55,507 bases of DNA, taken from the NCBI RefSeq assembly GCF_006345805.1, contig NW_021834383.1, positions 1-55,507 on the forward strand, written 5' to 3'. Shown piece by piece: positions 1 to 12,949 of this stretch; the first letter of the stretch is position 1; every line of letters begins with the position of its first letter. A program made the position numbers and the translations under genes. The DNA is from Octopus sinensis (lineage: Eukaryota). The notes below the pieces were generated by a model, which saw only the letters and a program-made list of their open reading frames with translations, was not told the DNA's origin and ran no database searches.

Positions 1-2180
1 GGTTTGCGAATCGTGTACTTGTTACCACAGTTTTTTTCTTAAACAACCGCAGCAAAATAACAATTGCAACAATCAAACACTTCTATAAGAAATACGGGGA
101 AGCCTACATACAATAGGCACCATGTGGCAATGTTAACCAAAGCTGGTCTACGAAGATTCTCCTGACGATTTTTTAACAAAAACATGCAAAACAGACGCTG
201 TCCACATCACAATAACAAACCAAAAAATATATTTCTTTAATGACAAAAAGAGAGAGAGAAAAAAAAAAAAGCAACTTTTTTTTCATTAAAACATTACAAT
301 AAGGATTTCCAGAAGTTCTTACAATGATTAAAATAATATATATTTATATTTTTGCTTTATTTCCCGTCTTGAAAGTATTCATATTTAAAAAAAAATTTAC
401 CTCTTTTCTTTCTTCTCTTCTTCTCTTTTCCTACTATGACTTATTCTCCACTTCCCTGTGTGGTGTAATGTACGCACGCGCAAACACACATAACATATAT
501 ATGCATATATAATATATATATATATATTATATATATATATATATTATATATATATATAGTATATCTATATATATATATATATACACACACATGATATAGA
601 TATAATAGTATATTTATATTCACCCACACATAACACATATATATCATTATATATATATATATAATATATAGATATATATAAAATATATATATATACATAT
701 GTATATATGTGTGTGTGGGAGTGTGTGGTGTATATACTAACACATACACAACACATACACACAAACACCAACACACACACACACAATATAATACATACAC
801 ACATACACGTCTGTATTTATATTACCAAAAGAAAAATAATAGAAACAATATCAATGACAATGACGAGATGATGATGATGATGATGCTTACAATGACGATG
901 ATGATGATGTTGAGTAATGGGAAGGTGAGTGCGAGTGGGGGGTGTAGCAAGAGGAAGTGGAGGAAATTCATCATTTTCGTCCACATTTCTATCCTCTTAG
1001 GAGAAAGATCGGAACTTTAAGCCTGTCTATAATATACATAATGAAATGACTGAAAAAAACAAAACAAAAACTAATAAAAACATTGATTTTGTCTGTACAC
1101 ACACACACACACAAGCACGCATAGACACGCACACACACATTATCACACAGGCATATATATGCGTGTATGTGTATATATATGTGTGTGATTTTAGGAGTTG
1201 TGAGTAATGTATGTATGATATCTGGTTATATGTATCTATATATCTATATATATATATAAATATATAATATATACATATATAGAGATATATTAACAGATAT
1301 ATATCTATATATATATATATATATATAATAAAATATATATATAAAAATATATATAAATATATATATACACCAATGCACAATATTGTATATCTGTGTGTAT
1401 ATGATTGTATGTCTGAGTATATGTAATATAAATATAAATATATGTTATAGTATAATTCATATTTTACACACGCATACATACGCATACATACGCAAGCACA
1501 CACACACAGACATATAGATATACACACAAGAATTTATAAATACCTGTATGTGTGAGTGTGTGTGTGTGTGTGTGTTTATGATTGCATACGTGTGTATGTA
1601 TCTATGTGTGTTCGCTAGTGTGTGTATTATGCATTATTATGTATGTGTGCATGAAGAAAAGTGCGCAGACATGCACATACCCATACATTCAAATATAAAT
1701 TTAATTACATATCTAATGCATGTTTGTGTACGTGTGTATGCCCGTGTGTCTGTACTTGAATGTCTATACGCATACCTGAACATACAGACACACACACACA
1801 CGCACACACAGACACACACACACACACACACACAACACACACACACACACACACACACAAACACTCACATATACATACACAGATGTATATGTGGGACTGT
1901 GAATAAGTCTGTACGTTATACATCCGTATTCGAAGGTGAGTACTGTTATGGATACTTCCTATTTGAGTAACGTCTGTGTGTATGTATATATATAAAATCT
2001 AATATAAATATATATATATATATATATATTATGTATTATAATATATATATATTATATGTATATATATAATATATATACATATATAATATATATAATATAT
2101 AATATATATATATAGTATATAATTATATTATATGTATGTATTTGTGGAGTGTGTGTGCATGTGTATATATATATATATAT

Positions 2181-2395
2181 ATTCTTTTGCTGTTTTACTT
2201 AATTCAGTCATTTGACTGTGGTCAAGCTGGAGCACAGCATTTTGTCGAGCAAATCGACCCAATGACTTATTCTTTGTAAGCCTAGTACTTATTCTATCAG
2301 TTTCTTTTGCCGAACCACTAAGTTACGGGGACGTAAACACACCACCATCGGTTGTCAAGCAATGTTGGGGTGACAAACACAGACACACAAACATA
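2181..2395 (-). mobile_element. SINE family A, 3' half
   Basis: Reverse complement of the tail seen in full copies (ttgacaaccgatggtggtgtttacgtccccgtaacttag...gtcaaatgactgaa). Confidence 0.85.
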
Positions 2396-2431
2396 TACAC
2401 ACACATACATGTATACATATATATACATACG

Positions 2432-2463
<32 letters not shown>

Positions 2464-2924
2464 TATATTTATGCATGCATGTATGTGGTGTGTGTGTGTG
2501 TGTGTTTGTATGTGTGTGTGTCTGTGTTTGCGTGCGTGTTGGTGACTATTTATATTTGCTTTCAATAATTCTTTCTACGTCTAGGATGCGTTATAGCAAT
2601 ATAAATATATTCTTCAGCATGTCACTGGAACTTACCAATTTCAGAAGGATACAAAGCAGAATAGATTACAACGGGATCCGACGCTTTAACGCAGAGAGTC
2701 TCTCATCCGGGAACCATTTAAGGTTTCTGGCGCTGTCCACGCAAGCGAAATAGTAAATTGACGATGTACGATAGTATTTTAAAGATTCGAGAAAAAATTT
2801 TGCTCTAAATGTTTTGATTACAAGAAGCAGCTCAGTTCCTTTCTCTAACGTTTTACATAGTTTAAAATGTCTCCAGCCACTGAAACACAATCTCTTAGAA
2901 AGTTCTATTCGAAACCTACACATA

Positions 2925-3340
2925 GGCGCAGGAGTGGCTGTGTGGTAAGTGCTTGCTTACCAAACCACATGGTTCCGGGTTCCGTCCCACTGCATGGCAC
3001 CTTGGGCAAGTGTCTTCTACTATAGCCTCGGGCCAACCAAGGCCTTGTGAGTGGATTTGGTAGACGGAAACTGAAAGAAGCCCGTCGTATATATGTATGT
3101 ATATGTATGCGTGTGTTTGTGTGTGTGTGTGCTTGCCCCCCCCCAAAATCGCTTGACAACCGATGCTGGTGTGTTTACGTCCCCGTAACTTAGTGGTTCG
3201 GCAAAAGTAACCGATAGAATAAGTACTAAGCTTACAAAGAATATGTCCTGGGGGTCAATATGCTCGACTAAAGGCGGTGCTCCAACATGACCGCAGTCAA
3301 ATGACTGAAACAAGTAAAAGAGTAAAGAGAGTAAAGAAAG
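2925..3340 (+). mobile_element. Full-length tRNA-derived SINE family A (octopus-type, CORE-like centre, internal TA/TG microsatellite)
   Basis: Head ggcgcaggagtggctgtgtggtaag with A-box-like and B-box-like (ggttccgggttccgtccc) motifs, caccttgggcaagtgtc centre, internal (TA/TG)n and (gtaaaaga)n-like tail. Many near-identical copies in the window. Confidence 0.92.
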
Positions 3341-3614
3341 TAAGTGAATGAGTGAAAAGCAAAATAGGAATTTTAAAATGTATTTCTTTAAAACTACAAT
3401 TTAAACATGGAATAGCTTCGACCAGAGTAAAATTCTAATCAAAACGGTTCAAGTAAAAAAATGAAAAAAATATATAAATGACTGAGAAGCACTGCATTAA
3501 CGAGTCGGCGATAATCCAGCCTAACGTCATCAGTATGCTTAGAGCTACTTTTAAGGAATCGAATTAAAAGAATCGCTTCCGCGTCGAACAAAATGCCTTG
3601 AGGTATTGGTTCTA

Positions 3615-3840
3615 GCGAGCTGGCAGAAACATTAGCGCGCCGGACGAAATGCTGAGCGGTATTTCGTCTGCCGCTACGTTCTGAGTTCAAATTCCGCCGA
3701 GGTCGACTTTGCCTTTCATCCTTTCGGGGTCGATAAATTAAGTACCAGTTCCGCACTGAGGTCGATGTAATCGACTTAATACCTATGTCTGTCCCTGTTT
3801 GTCCCCTCTATGTTTAGCCCCTTGTGGGCAATAAAGAAAT
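3615..3840 (+). mobile_element. SINE family B (Nin/Inv-domain-like) with target-site duplication
   Basis: gcgagctggcagaaac...ctttgcctttcatcctttcggggtcgataaattaagtaccag...aataaagaaat, flanked by direct repeat aggtattggttcta at 3601 and 3841. The domain name is from memory. Confidence 0.88.
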
Positions 3841-4940
3841 AGGTATTGGTTCTAGCTTTCTGCATTAGGTTCAAATCTTGCCGATGCCATCTCTGCTTCT
3901 TTTCCTTCTGGGTCTTGGCGACGATTCTTCTCAACAATGTTTGGTCCTTTAATTTCTCCACACTGGAAGGATCTTTTCCACTTGTTTCAGTCTTAAGTCC
4001 GTGGCCATGCTGGGGCATCGCCCTGAAGTGTTTTAGTCTAACAAATTGACTCCGGTACTTAAAGCCTGGTTCTTATTCTATCAGTCTCTTATCGAGTGAG
4101 GAACTTCATAAACATTGTTGCATTATGATTCTGTCTCCGATTACGTTCGATAGGAAAGAATAGGACAAGTGGCTCCTCCATGATCAAACGCAATCCAATA
4201 ATTGCCATCCCAGCCTTATGCTTTTCTTTTCAAAGGCTGTGTATCCCAAACATCATTATCCAATGTCGCTTCTATTTCTAATACAACAATATATAAGAAG
4301 GACAAGATGGTTACAGTGGAACCGCTATTTCTCATAGGTCTTTTTGAAGGGGCTAAGCAGGATCTAAGGATCTAACAACAACAAAAACTGAATTATATTG
4401 TACGTGTTTTGTCATATTTTAAAATAATTACTTTCTGTCGTACTGTCCATTCAAGGGAATAGAGGTTAACAAGGAAAAGAAATTCAGGTATTGAGGTATA
4501 AAGCTAACTACAGCCATAAAAATGACGCGGCTAGTGGAGACAAGAAGCAGACGAGAGGAAGTTTATGAGAGTGTAGTGCAAGGTGCATTATGTTTATAAG
4601 AGAGTAGTGGTCATGGAAAGAATCTCTTTCCTAATTGTGACTAACATAAGAATCTAATATTAATAAGCTACATTTGGGGAAAAAGAGAGGACAAAGAGTA
4701 GAAGGTAGATATAAAAATTTAAGAGGAGAAAGGGTAACGTTGCTGTGATAGAGAAAAACGAGAGAAGTAAAATACACACACACACGCTAATAAGAACTCA
4801 CACATATGCACATACAGACATACAAACATACATATTTTCATTCATTCATTCATTTATACATACAAGAACACAAATTAATTTGTAACATATACCAAACCTA
4901 ATATAAGAAATACACTATATTTAGGATAGTGGGTTATATA

Positions 4941-5400
4941 TCTCTTATTATAAAAGGCAGATTTTATCTGCCTCCCTTTGTATCTTATAGAAATCTACAA
5001 TATAGAATTTCTTCAATTACAATTTACCTAGCATTTTTAAGAGTAGAATGCATCGGGTCGTGACAGGTCCACTTTTTAAAATTTCAACCCCAATTAAGCA
5101 AAATTTAGAGAAAACTCACATTCTGGTGTATATGTCAAATGTTTTTCTTAGTGTGGGATACACCACACGCAAACGCACGCACACAAAAACGGAGCGAACT
5201 GTTTCACTGACGCTATCACCCTTCTCCTCCTTGTCTTTGCAAGTTGCAGCTATTAAAGTGAAAACAGTGAATCCGACAGCGATTAAGAAAATGAATTGGT
5301 ACCTGAATGGAGTGAAAATTTAAAAACTGTTTCTTTCGGTGATTTTTCTGAAGAAACTGCACCAAGCCACAGACTTTCCCAGAAGAGTAAAGCCTTAAAC
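4941..5400 (+). mobile_element. Possible non-autonomous Helitron, 5' part
   Basis: Starts A|TCTCTTATTATAAAAGG, resembling a Helitron 5' TC end. No CTAG 3' end found. Confidence 0.3.
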
Positions 5401-6025
5401 TATTTCTTTTTACTTTTTCGAATGAGCCTATTTGAAATCATTACAGCGCGAAACGAACCGTTACGCTAAACATAAACAAAGCGAAAGAAAGGATAGTTGT
5501 TATTTCCCACAACCTTAAATGAAATTAAGGCCTATTTTGCCATAAATATATTATGGGTATCAGAAAGTTACCCAGAATAACAAATTCTATCGTAAAATTT
5601 TGTTGTATACCCAATTGAATATTAGCTAATAACCCATTTTCTATAGCAATGTTTGAACAAAATTTTAATAATTTTATATATTGTTGTATTTACCTGATAT
5701 CTACCTGCAATTAGAGTCACTTTGTGACAAAAATTATAGTATAGAATTGGTTGAGGACATTTCATTAATTATCTTCCAAAAATCACATTAATATATCGAT
5801 AAATAAAAAAGTTATTGTTGTTTAATGAAACCAGACTAAATTTATGATTACGTTAGAAATTAATTGAAACACATAAGGGGTGTATTTTGGTCAGAAATAT
5901 AGTAACGAAAGGGTTAAGAAAAACCAAAAAATATTTTATTCTTTGTAAATGTTGTATTCAAAATAACATTTTCTTTTAAGAATGTGTATATAACAAAGTA
6001 TGTGTATATAACTACGTGACTTATA

Positions 6026-6419
6026 TCTTTATATATAAGAGTGAAGTTGTGTGTCTGTCTCCTACGATTTAGATTCGTAACTACTCCCACATTTTGCGGT
6101 GCAGTGTAACCAAAACCAGGTATCTTATAGTCGTGAGTCATATCGAGCCCTTCTGGGTATTAGCGCGCGTCTACGATGAGTCTACGATTAAAAAAAATTT
6201 ACCATCATATTTTTCCATTTTAATGCATTTTTTTCGCTATTATATAAGGGAAGTAACTCTCTAAAAATATCTACGATGTGTCAACGATTTAAAAAGAAAT
6301 TTACCTTAGTTTTTTTTCCATTTTTAATGCATTTTTTCCTATTTTTTGGCTATAACTCTCTAAAAATGCTTATATAGTTATTTCCTTACAAACCCGAGCA
6401 CGCCGGGCGATACTGCTAG
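6026..6419 (+). mobile_element. Non-autonomous Helitron
   Basis: 5' A|TCTTTATATATAAGAG. 3' hairpin cccgagcacgccggg followed by CTAG|T. Inserted between A and T with no TSD. Confidence 0.8.
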
Positions 6420-6464
6420 TATATATATATTTATGTGTAATAATATATTTATGGCTATATATAA

Positions 6465-6512
<48 letters not shown>

Positions 6513-6889
6513 ATATAATAAATATATATATATATATGCATGCTTGTATATATTGTATACAGACACCCACACATATGTATGTTTGTATTTATAATGTAAG
6601 GTCGTCTGCATATTTATATAGGCATTTGTATGTATACGTGTATACATCTATGTACACTTAGGCTTAGATATAAATTTGCATTGAGACTGTGTGTGTGAGA
6701 GTGTGAGAAAGAGAAAGAGAGAGAGGGGGAGGGAGAGAGAGACAGAGACAGAGAGAAAAGAAAGATGAATAAATTGAAATTTTGAAACAAATTTTTTTCT
6801 TCAGAATGTGTATGTAAAGGAAAGGAATGTGTGTTTGCCCTCGAGAAGCCACGGAGAATGCGAGAGAAAGACATACAAATATTCTTGCT

Positions 6890-7420
6890 TGCGCATGTAT
6901 GTATACATGCATGTATGTATGTATGTATGTATGTATGTATGTATGTATGTATGTATGTATGTATGTATGTATGTATGTGTGTGTGTATGTGTGTATGTAT
7001 GTATGTATGTATGTATGTATGTATGTATGTATGTATGTATGTTTGTATGTATGTATGTGTGTGTGTATGTATGTATGTGTGTATGAATGTATGTATATAT
7101 GTATGTATGTATATGCGTATGTATGTGTGCATGTATGTTTGTATGTATGTATGTATGTATGTGTGCATGTATGTATGTATGTATGTATGTATGTATGTGT
7201 GTATGTATGTTTGTATGTATGTATGTATGTATGTATGCATGTATGTATGTATGTATATATATCCGTATGTCAGTAACTATACAGACAGACACCCATATAT
7301 ACATACAGGCATACATACGAGCATACGTAAATGTATATACATACATATATACACACACGCGCATACATGCATACATACGTACATACATGCATGCATACTC
7401 CTACGCAAATGTACATTCAT
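6890..7420 (+). repeat. (TATG)n / (TACA)n compound microsatellite
   Basis: Directly visible; source of the YVCM/HTYI pseudo-ORFs. Confidence 0.98.
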
Positions 7421-7698
7421 GCTGCGATACACTTATATAGAATCACACACGCTCACACATACACTCATACAAACACACAATTACACGCATCTGCAACGAT
7501 TCTATAGGCAATATGCAGGTACACATGCGCAATTAACCCACTCAATCTCAGCCTGTATTTAAAAAGATTTACAGCACAGCACACCTGCCCGGTCTATCTA
7601 TATTCAATCTCGAGAGAACACTTAGCTATCTCTGAGCTCTTATTGATTCAATACTATATTACGTGCCTACGTATATACGTATATGCATATATGTATAT

Positions 7699-7795
<97 letters not shown>

Positions 7796-7811
7796 ATATA
7801 TATATATATAT

Positions 7812-7876
<65 letters not shown>

Positions 7877-8249
7877 GCATATATATCCATGTATATAAAT
7901 ATATATCCATATATAAACTTATCTATGTGTATATGTATGTATGCATATACATATGTATTATAATGTATGTCTGCTAATATATATATATATACATATATAT
8001 ATATTATATATATTTACATATACATGATGTTTATATGTATGTCAATGTATAAGTACACATGCATACACATGTATATAAGAGTTACAAAAGTGTGTATATA
8101 TGTATACTTGAATATATGGGTTTGTGTATGGATGTGTATATATATATATATATGCATTATTATGTGTGTGTTTGTGTGTAACTTATCTTCAATTCATCCA
8201 TCCTCTTTGCTACAATGTTTTTCCCCCCATTCTGTTCCCAGTCCCCCCT

Positions 8250-8790
8250 TCTCTTTTCCTGTTTCTACAGATCCTTCACAAAATCTTTCCCGTTTCATAC
8301 GGACATCTTACTTACCTTTTCCTCGTATCTGGTATCCATTCAATTGCTTTATGAGACATGATATCTTCTGTGAAACGCAGGACATGTCCAATAAATTGCC
8401 TTTTCACTTCTATCATATAAAGTTTCTTTCCCAGCTCTCCATCACTTCTTCATCTGTAATATGTTCTCATTCAAGGAAATTCTCAATAGCGTCCGTATAC
8501 AATATCAGTGAAAGACAATAAAAAACAACGTCTATGGAAGATAAGTTTGTTGCGAAACTTAGGTGCCATATTGGATATCTCGTAAGGTAATTTTAATCCC
8601 ATTGTGACGTATGAATATGCCCCAAGATCTCTCAGTGCCTTGGTAATTTTTGCCTTCTAAACATCTCCAATTGTCTGTCCTGTATCTTCGTTCCATTCTT
8701 TTATCCCGAAAACTACAATATCCATTTTCACCTCTCCACTCGTTCAAAATTCTGGTTTAATATGGCTTGATTTTTACATCTTTTCTCTCA
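8250..8790 (-). mobile_element. Decayed RTE-clade LINE, C-terminal RT/thumb region
   Basis: Frameshifted translation ..EHITDEEVME../..RQFIGHVLRFTEDIMSHKAIEWIPDTRKR.. resembles the RTE pattern H(I)TNEEVL...F.GH.LR...W.P..KR.RGRP. Confidence 0.7.
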
Positions 8791-9521
8791 ACTGTTAAAC
8801 TCCAGAAGTCTGCTAATACCTCCCCATGTTCTCACTGAAAATGACTGTGTCCATCAATAATAGTAAAAATGGCCTCACTGTTCTTCAATATTATCTTGAA
8901 ACAAAATATATGTTTTTACCTATACACAGAATATATCTAGTTTATATATATAGTTTAGATATATCAGAATATATCAGTGGTGTATGGTTTCAGGTTCTTT
9001 GTAGCAAAGCGTTGCGCTGGTTTGATCCCTTTGTTTTGTTTAAGGTTAAACTGAACTTTTCCCACTACCAACTTTATAATCTGAACCAATGTTAGTTGCT
9101 CTCTATGTAGGGAAGTGCGCCATTTCGTACTTATACAAATATCGATTTAATTACTAACACTACTCTCGAGTGAAATCCAGATAATCTCAATGTCTTTAAG
9201 TCTAAAGAAAGTAATCTCAACGTTTTGAGTAAGATACATTCCATGCCCCAACTTTTGTAATGCGTCTATCATAGGTTTTATCAATCAGGTGTTGAGCTTC
9301 GTTTCCGCTTTGACCCATTTCCGTGATACACATAACACCTTCTCTCTGCTGTTCTTTACTACAATGTTTACTACTTATCCTATCGTTAGCATATTTTGTT
9401 GTTTTGGCAAAGTTTGGTGACTGAGCCAGCTTTTAGCTTTGAGAATTAATATTTCATCCTTTAAAGTAAAACTAGCTGCTGGGCTAAAACGCGTCTAAGT
9501 TTTGATGGGTCATTCATACCA

Positions 9522-9684
9522 CTATAGCGAGGACAGAGCACTTCTGGAGGATTCCTTCGTGTTATCACAAATTGCCATTTGGTTTATAAATTCCTCGTGT
9601 GAGGCAGCGGAAGTGCAATTTGAGGGCACTGGGCGCTCGCCCTTTCTTAGTGCATCGTCATCGTGAGCACTCATACTATTTGTT
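9522..9684 (-). CDS. Candidate terminal coding exon, unknown protein (TNSMSAHDDDALRKGERPVPSNCTSAASHEEFINQMAICDNTKESSRSALSSL*)
   Basis: Non-repetitive sequence. Acceptor ttaacttcacctgctcgtgtgttactcatag|, with a single open frame from it ending in TAG. No homology recognised. Confidence 0.35.
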
Positions 9685-9844
9685 CTATGAGTAACACACG
9701 AGCAGGTGAAGTTAATCATATATTGTGTTGGACAATGTGTACTTGCAATACACGTCAAACTAGACCTTACGAGTCATTTACAAACACAAACGCTTATATC
9801 AAGTAAGTCACATCTAGTAAGTCTATCGAACATTACTGTTTTGA

Positions 9845-10010
9845 GTCCAAGGGCTCAGACGGCCCACAACATTCGTCATTTACAGGTGAGTGGACTGCAG
9901 TAGCATAAAATGAAGTGCTTTGCTCAAGAACACATCGGGCTGCTCGCCTGATAATCAAAACCATGATCTCTGAAGCGTGAGCGAAACACTGTAACCATCA
10001 GGTCACGCGC
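9845..10010 (-). mobile_element. SINE family D (tRNA head + CORE-like)
   Basis: Reverse complement reads gtgacctgatggttacag...gtgttcttgagcaaagcacttcatttt...cagtccactcacctgtaaatg, like the copies at 27.9 and 32.1 kb. Confidence 0.75.
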
Positions 10011-10317
10011 CTTCACACATACATACATACATACATACATACATACATACATACATACATACATACATACATACATGCATGCATACATACATACATACAT
10101 ACATACATACATACATACATACATACATACATACACACACATACATATACATACATACATACATACACACACACACATACATATACATACATACATACAT
10201 ACATACATACATACATACATACATACATACATACGAAAATTTCTGAGTGCCAGTGCTATTACTAGATAGTCGGAGAACCTCCACTGGAGTGATCTGTCCG
10301 TTTACGTACACACACAA

Positions 10318-10388
<71 letters not shown>

Positions 10389-10429
10389 GTAAGTAACTCG
10401 GGAATGTTATGCCTGACTGAAAAAAATAT

Positions 10430-11360
10430 GGCAGTCGGAACTCTCCTCTTACGACAAGGCAATATCCCACAATGCATTTTTAGTACCAGTGCTGATTCCA
10501 ACATTAGGGATACTTGACTGGTCTCTAGAGGAAATCCACTCCATAAACGTTAAAAACCACAAGGTACTGACATCAACTGAGAATCTCCCCAGGAATAATG
10601 ATATCGACAGGCCCTACCTAAGAAGTGGTGGTAAATGCTTGAGATCAGTGCAGACAGCATTCGAATATCGTATAATCTCTCCCAGACAGCACTTACTAAA
10701 CAATAACAATAAAAATAAATACACTTAGTGCTGATAAGTGAAACGATCAATATCCGACCTGCCAGCAGCGAGCTCCCCAGGAAGCTATTGGAGCTTCAAG
10801 ATGTAACCAAAGATGTGGATTATGTTATATCATATTTCTGTGGAAGATATCACACATGTGATTCGCAGCTGCTCAAGAATCTCATTAACTTACATGATGT
10901 TTCAAAAACAATATATAATTCCATCCAGAAAAAAGACCTTCCTGGCATAAATGTAAAGGACTCGCCTGTTATCGAATACGTACACAAACAATTTAATCTG
11001 GTAGGACATTCTCATCAAAACTTCCGTCAAGTGTAAGCACAACAGGCTGGATATTGTTCGAGTCAGACAAATAAAATATGTCCTGCCATAGAGGTCAGGT
11101 CAGCCGCTCTGCAGATGTGAATATCCGCATGAAAATCAAGGGGAAAGAGGACAACTGCTTCCGTATTCTGAGTATAAATTCACATTTACACCAATAATAG
11201 TTGGTGCACTTGGTTTTGTGAGTAAATACCTAGGTGGCAAACTGGATAAGCTAGGGTTTTCAGAAAAACAAATCAGCCAACTAACTGGCACTTCAGAAAT
11301 AAAATCTGTAAGTGGAGCAGTAAAAATCTGCAAGACTTGTCTCAAATTTAGAATTTGACG
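10430..11360 (+). mobile_element. Decayed R4/Dong-like non-LTR retrotransposon (RT thumb + restriction-like endonuclease)
   Basis: LSSYDKAISHNAFLVPVLIPTLGILDWSLEEI...DIDRPYLRSGGKCL (cf. R4 AVPVL..GI..W...V.RLYL.R..GGRGL). Later KHNRLDIV (PD motif) and YKFTFTPIIVGALGFVSK...VKICKTCLKFRI*. Stops and frameshifts present. Confidence 0.85.
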
Positions 11361-11471
11361 TTGTTTTTGTTATCTGCATTCAAAGGATGGAAGTTTCTAT
11401 CTCTGTTAGAAACCAGATCCATCTTCAGCGGAGGAATTTAAATGATTAAAAACAGAAGCGAGCACATACAT

Positions 11472-11565
<94 letters not shown>

Positions 11566-12029
11566 TATGCACAACCGAAAGAGCTTCTAATAGTTTCATG
11601 CTTTTATGATTTTTAAAGAGGCATTTTATAAAATACAGCATGTATCTTAAATCAATCTTTCAGGCTCTGTTTATGCGTTATATTTTATTTTAAAAACAAG
11701 TAAGCTGGACAGTGAGAAATTAAGGAAAAAACACGAGAAAAAACAAAACAAAACAAAAGAAAAAACGCAAAGAAGGTTTATGCAAAGAATGGAACGAGAA
11801 GAAAGAAAGAAAAGCAAGAAAACAAAGATCCCTCCTCGTTGATTGCAGAAACCAAAATGAATACAGCTGGCGTAGAACAAGATAACAGAAATCATATCAG
11901 ACTCCGCAAGACTGCAACTCAATCCAAAGCAGGTGAAGTCCTCGTGTTCGACAAAAAAACCTGTCCGTGTGCTTGCACCTGCAAAAAATTTCAGATCTGG
12001 TATTAAGCAGTGTGTTGGAATTCTTAGAG

Positions 12030-12895
12030 CTAAGAAAAATATGAGATCTTTCTGCTATGCGTAAGTTACATTTCTAAGATCCTTTAACGTTTAGCCTGAA
12101 GTTTTTCACAATTCTCCACCTGATTTATGTAGAATGGAGTTGGTCCTCAAATTCTATACATGGCGAGCTAACTTAGTTGCTTTACTTTTCTCGATGTGCT
12201 GGAAAGAAGGCAGGTGGCTGGCATAATACGTTTTGAAAGCATCTTCACATAATCCGATGTAATTCTCCTTTTTAGTTGATTTATCTTGAAACATTGTTGT
12301 TACTTCTACCTCGTATATAACGGAGTTTATCATATACCCTTGGTCGAGTGGACTAGCTCCAGAGTCTCAACAGTTACACCTGGGAGTGGGCTCTTAGTGG
12401 TGTTTGCGGGTAACGATATTCTTCATTCTGGGGCAGCAGCTATATGGTAATTTGACTGAGCGTCTGTTAAAAATCTTCCGGTAGTTGTGATTTATTGGGA
12501 AATGTTTATTTAAAAGAGACAGGAATTTCTTACCTACATTAGTTTTAACATTTTGGGAGAAGTGGGGGCGAACCAAATTACTTTCCTAGGTCTATTTTTA
12601 GGTCTATTTTTATTATAAGTATTATTACTAGATGGGTTGTAATATAAATTTTCTTTGAAGCCACTGTTATCTAAGACATCGTTATAGCTAGGGGCTGCCT
12701 TTATCAAAAATATCAAAACATGAGGATAGATATCCTATTACTGATGTTGGCTATAACCATAGGGGGTGGTAGGAAAGGTTTTTGTGGGAAAGGGTTTCGT
12801 TGGGCTTATGCTACGTTTATAAGAGCGAGAGTTTAGATTTAAGGAAACATCTAGAAAAATCGATTTTAGACAGATTAGTAGTCTAAAGTAATTTA
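12030..12895 (-). mobile_element. Decayed Penelope-like element (RT C-terminus + GIY-YIG endonuclease)
   Basis: IDFLDVSLNL.., KAAPSYNDVLDNSGF..RPRKVIWF, FSQNVKTNVGKKFLSLLNKHFP..KIFNRRSVKL.YSC, VIYEVEV..NYIGLCEDAFK, IRWRIV..CNL: the standard PLE linker and GIY-YIG motifs. Confidence 0.9.
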
Positions 12896-12949
12896 AACTA
12901 CTAGGAAAGTCATATGGCTTCCCAGTGAGTTTGGAAAGATAGAATCAGT

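Noticed and set aside
2925-3000. tRNA-like heads (here and at 28.2, 32.1, 48.0 and 50.4 kb) as tRNA genes
   Set aside because: No complete cloverleaf; each continues into a SINE body.
3505-3535. CUGAUGA on the minus strand (also at 47.57 kb; plus strand at 25.39 kb)
   Set aside because: No stem II plus GAAA box follows, so these are chance heptamers.
5880-5917. piggyBac-like terminus (aaagggTTAA)
   Set aside because: No partner TIR found in the window.
11830-11995. Open frames and acceptor-like sites on both strands (..KKTCPCACTCKKF; ttttttgcag|)
   Set aside because: No matching strong donor and no recognisable homology.
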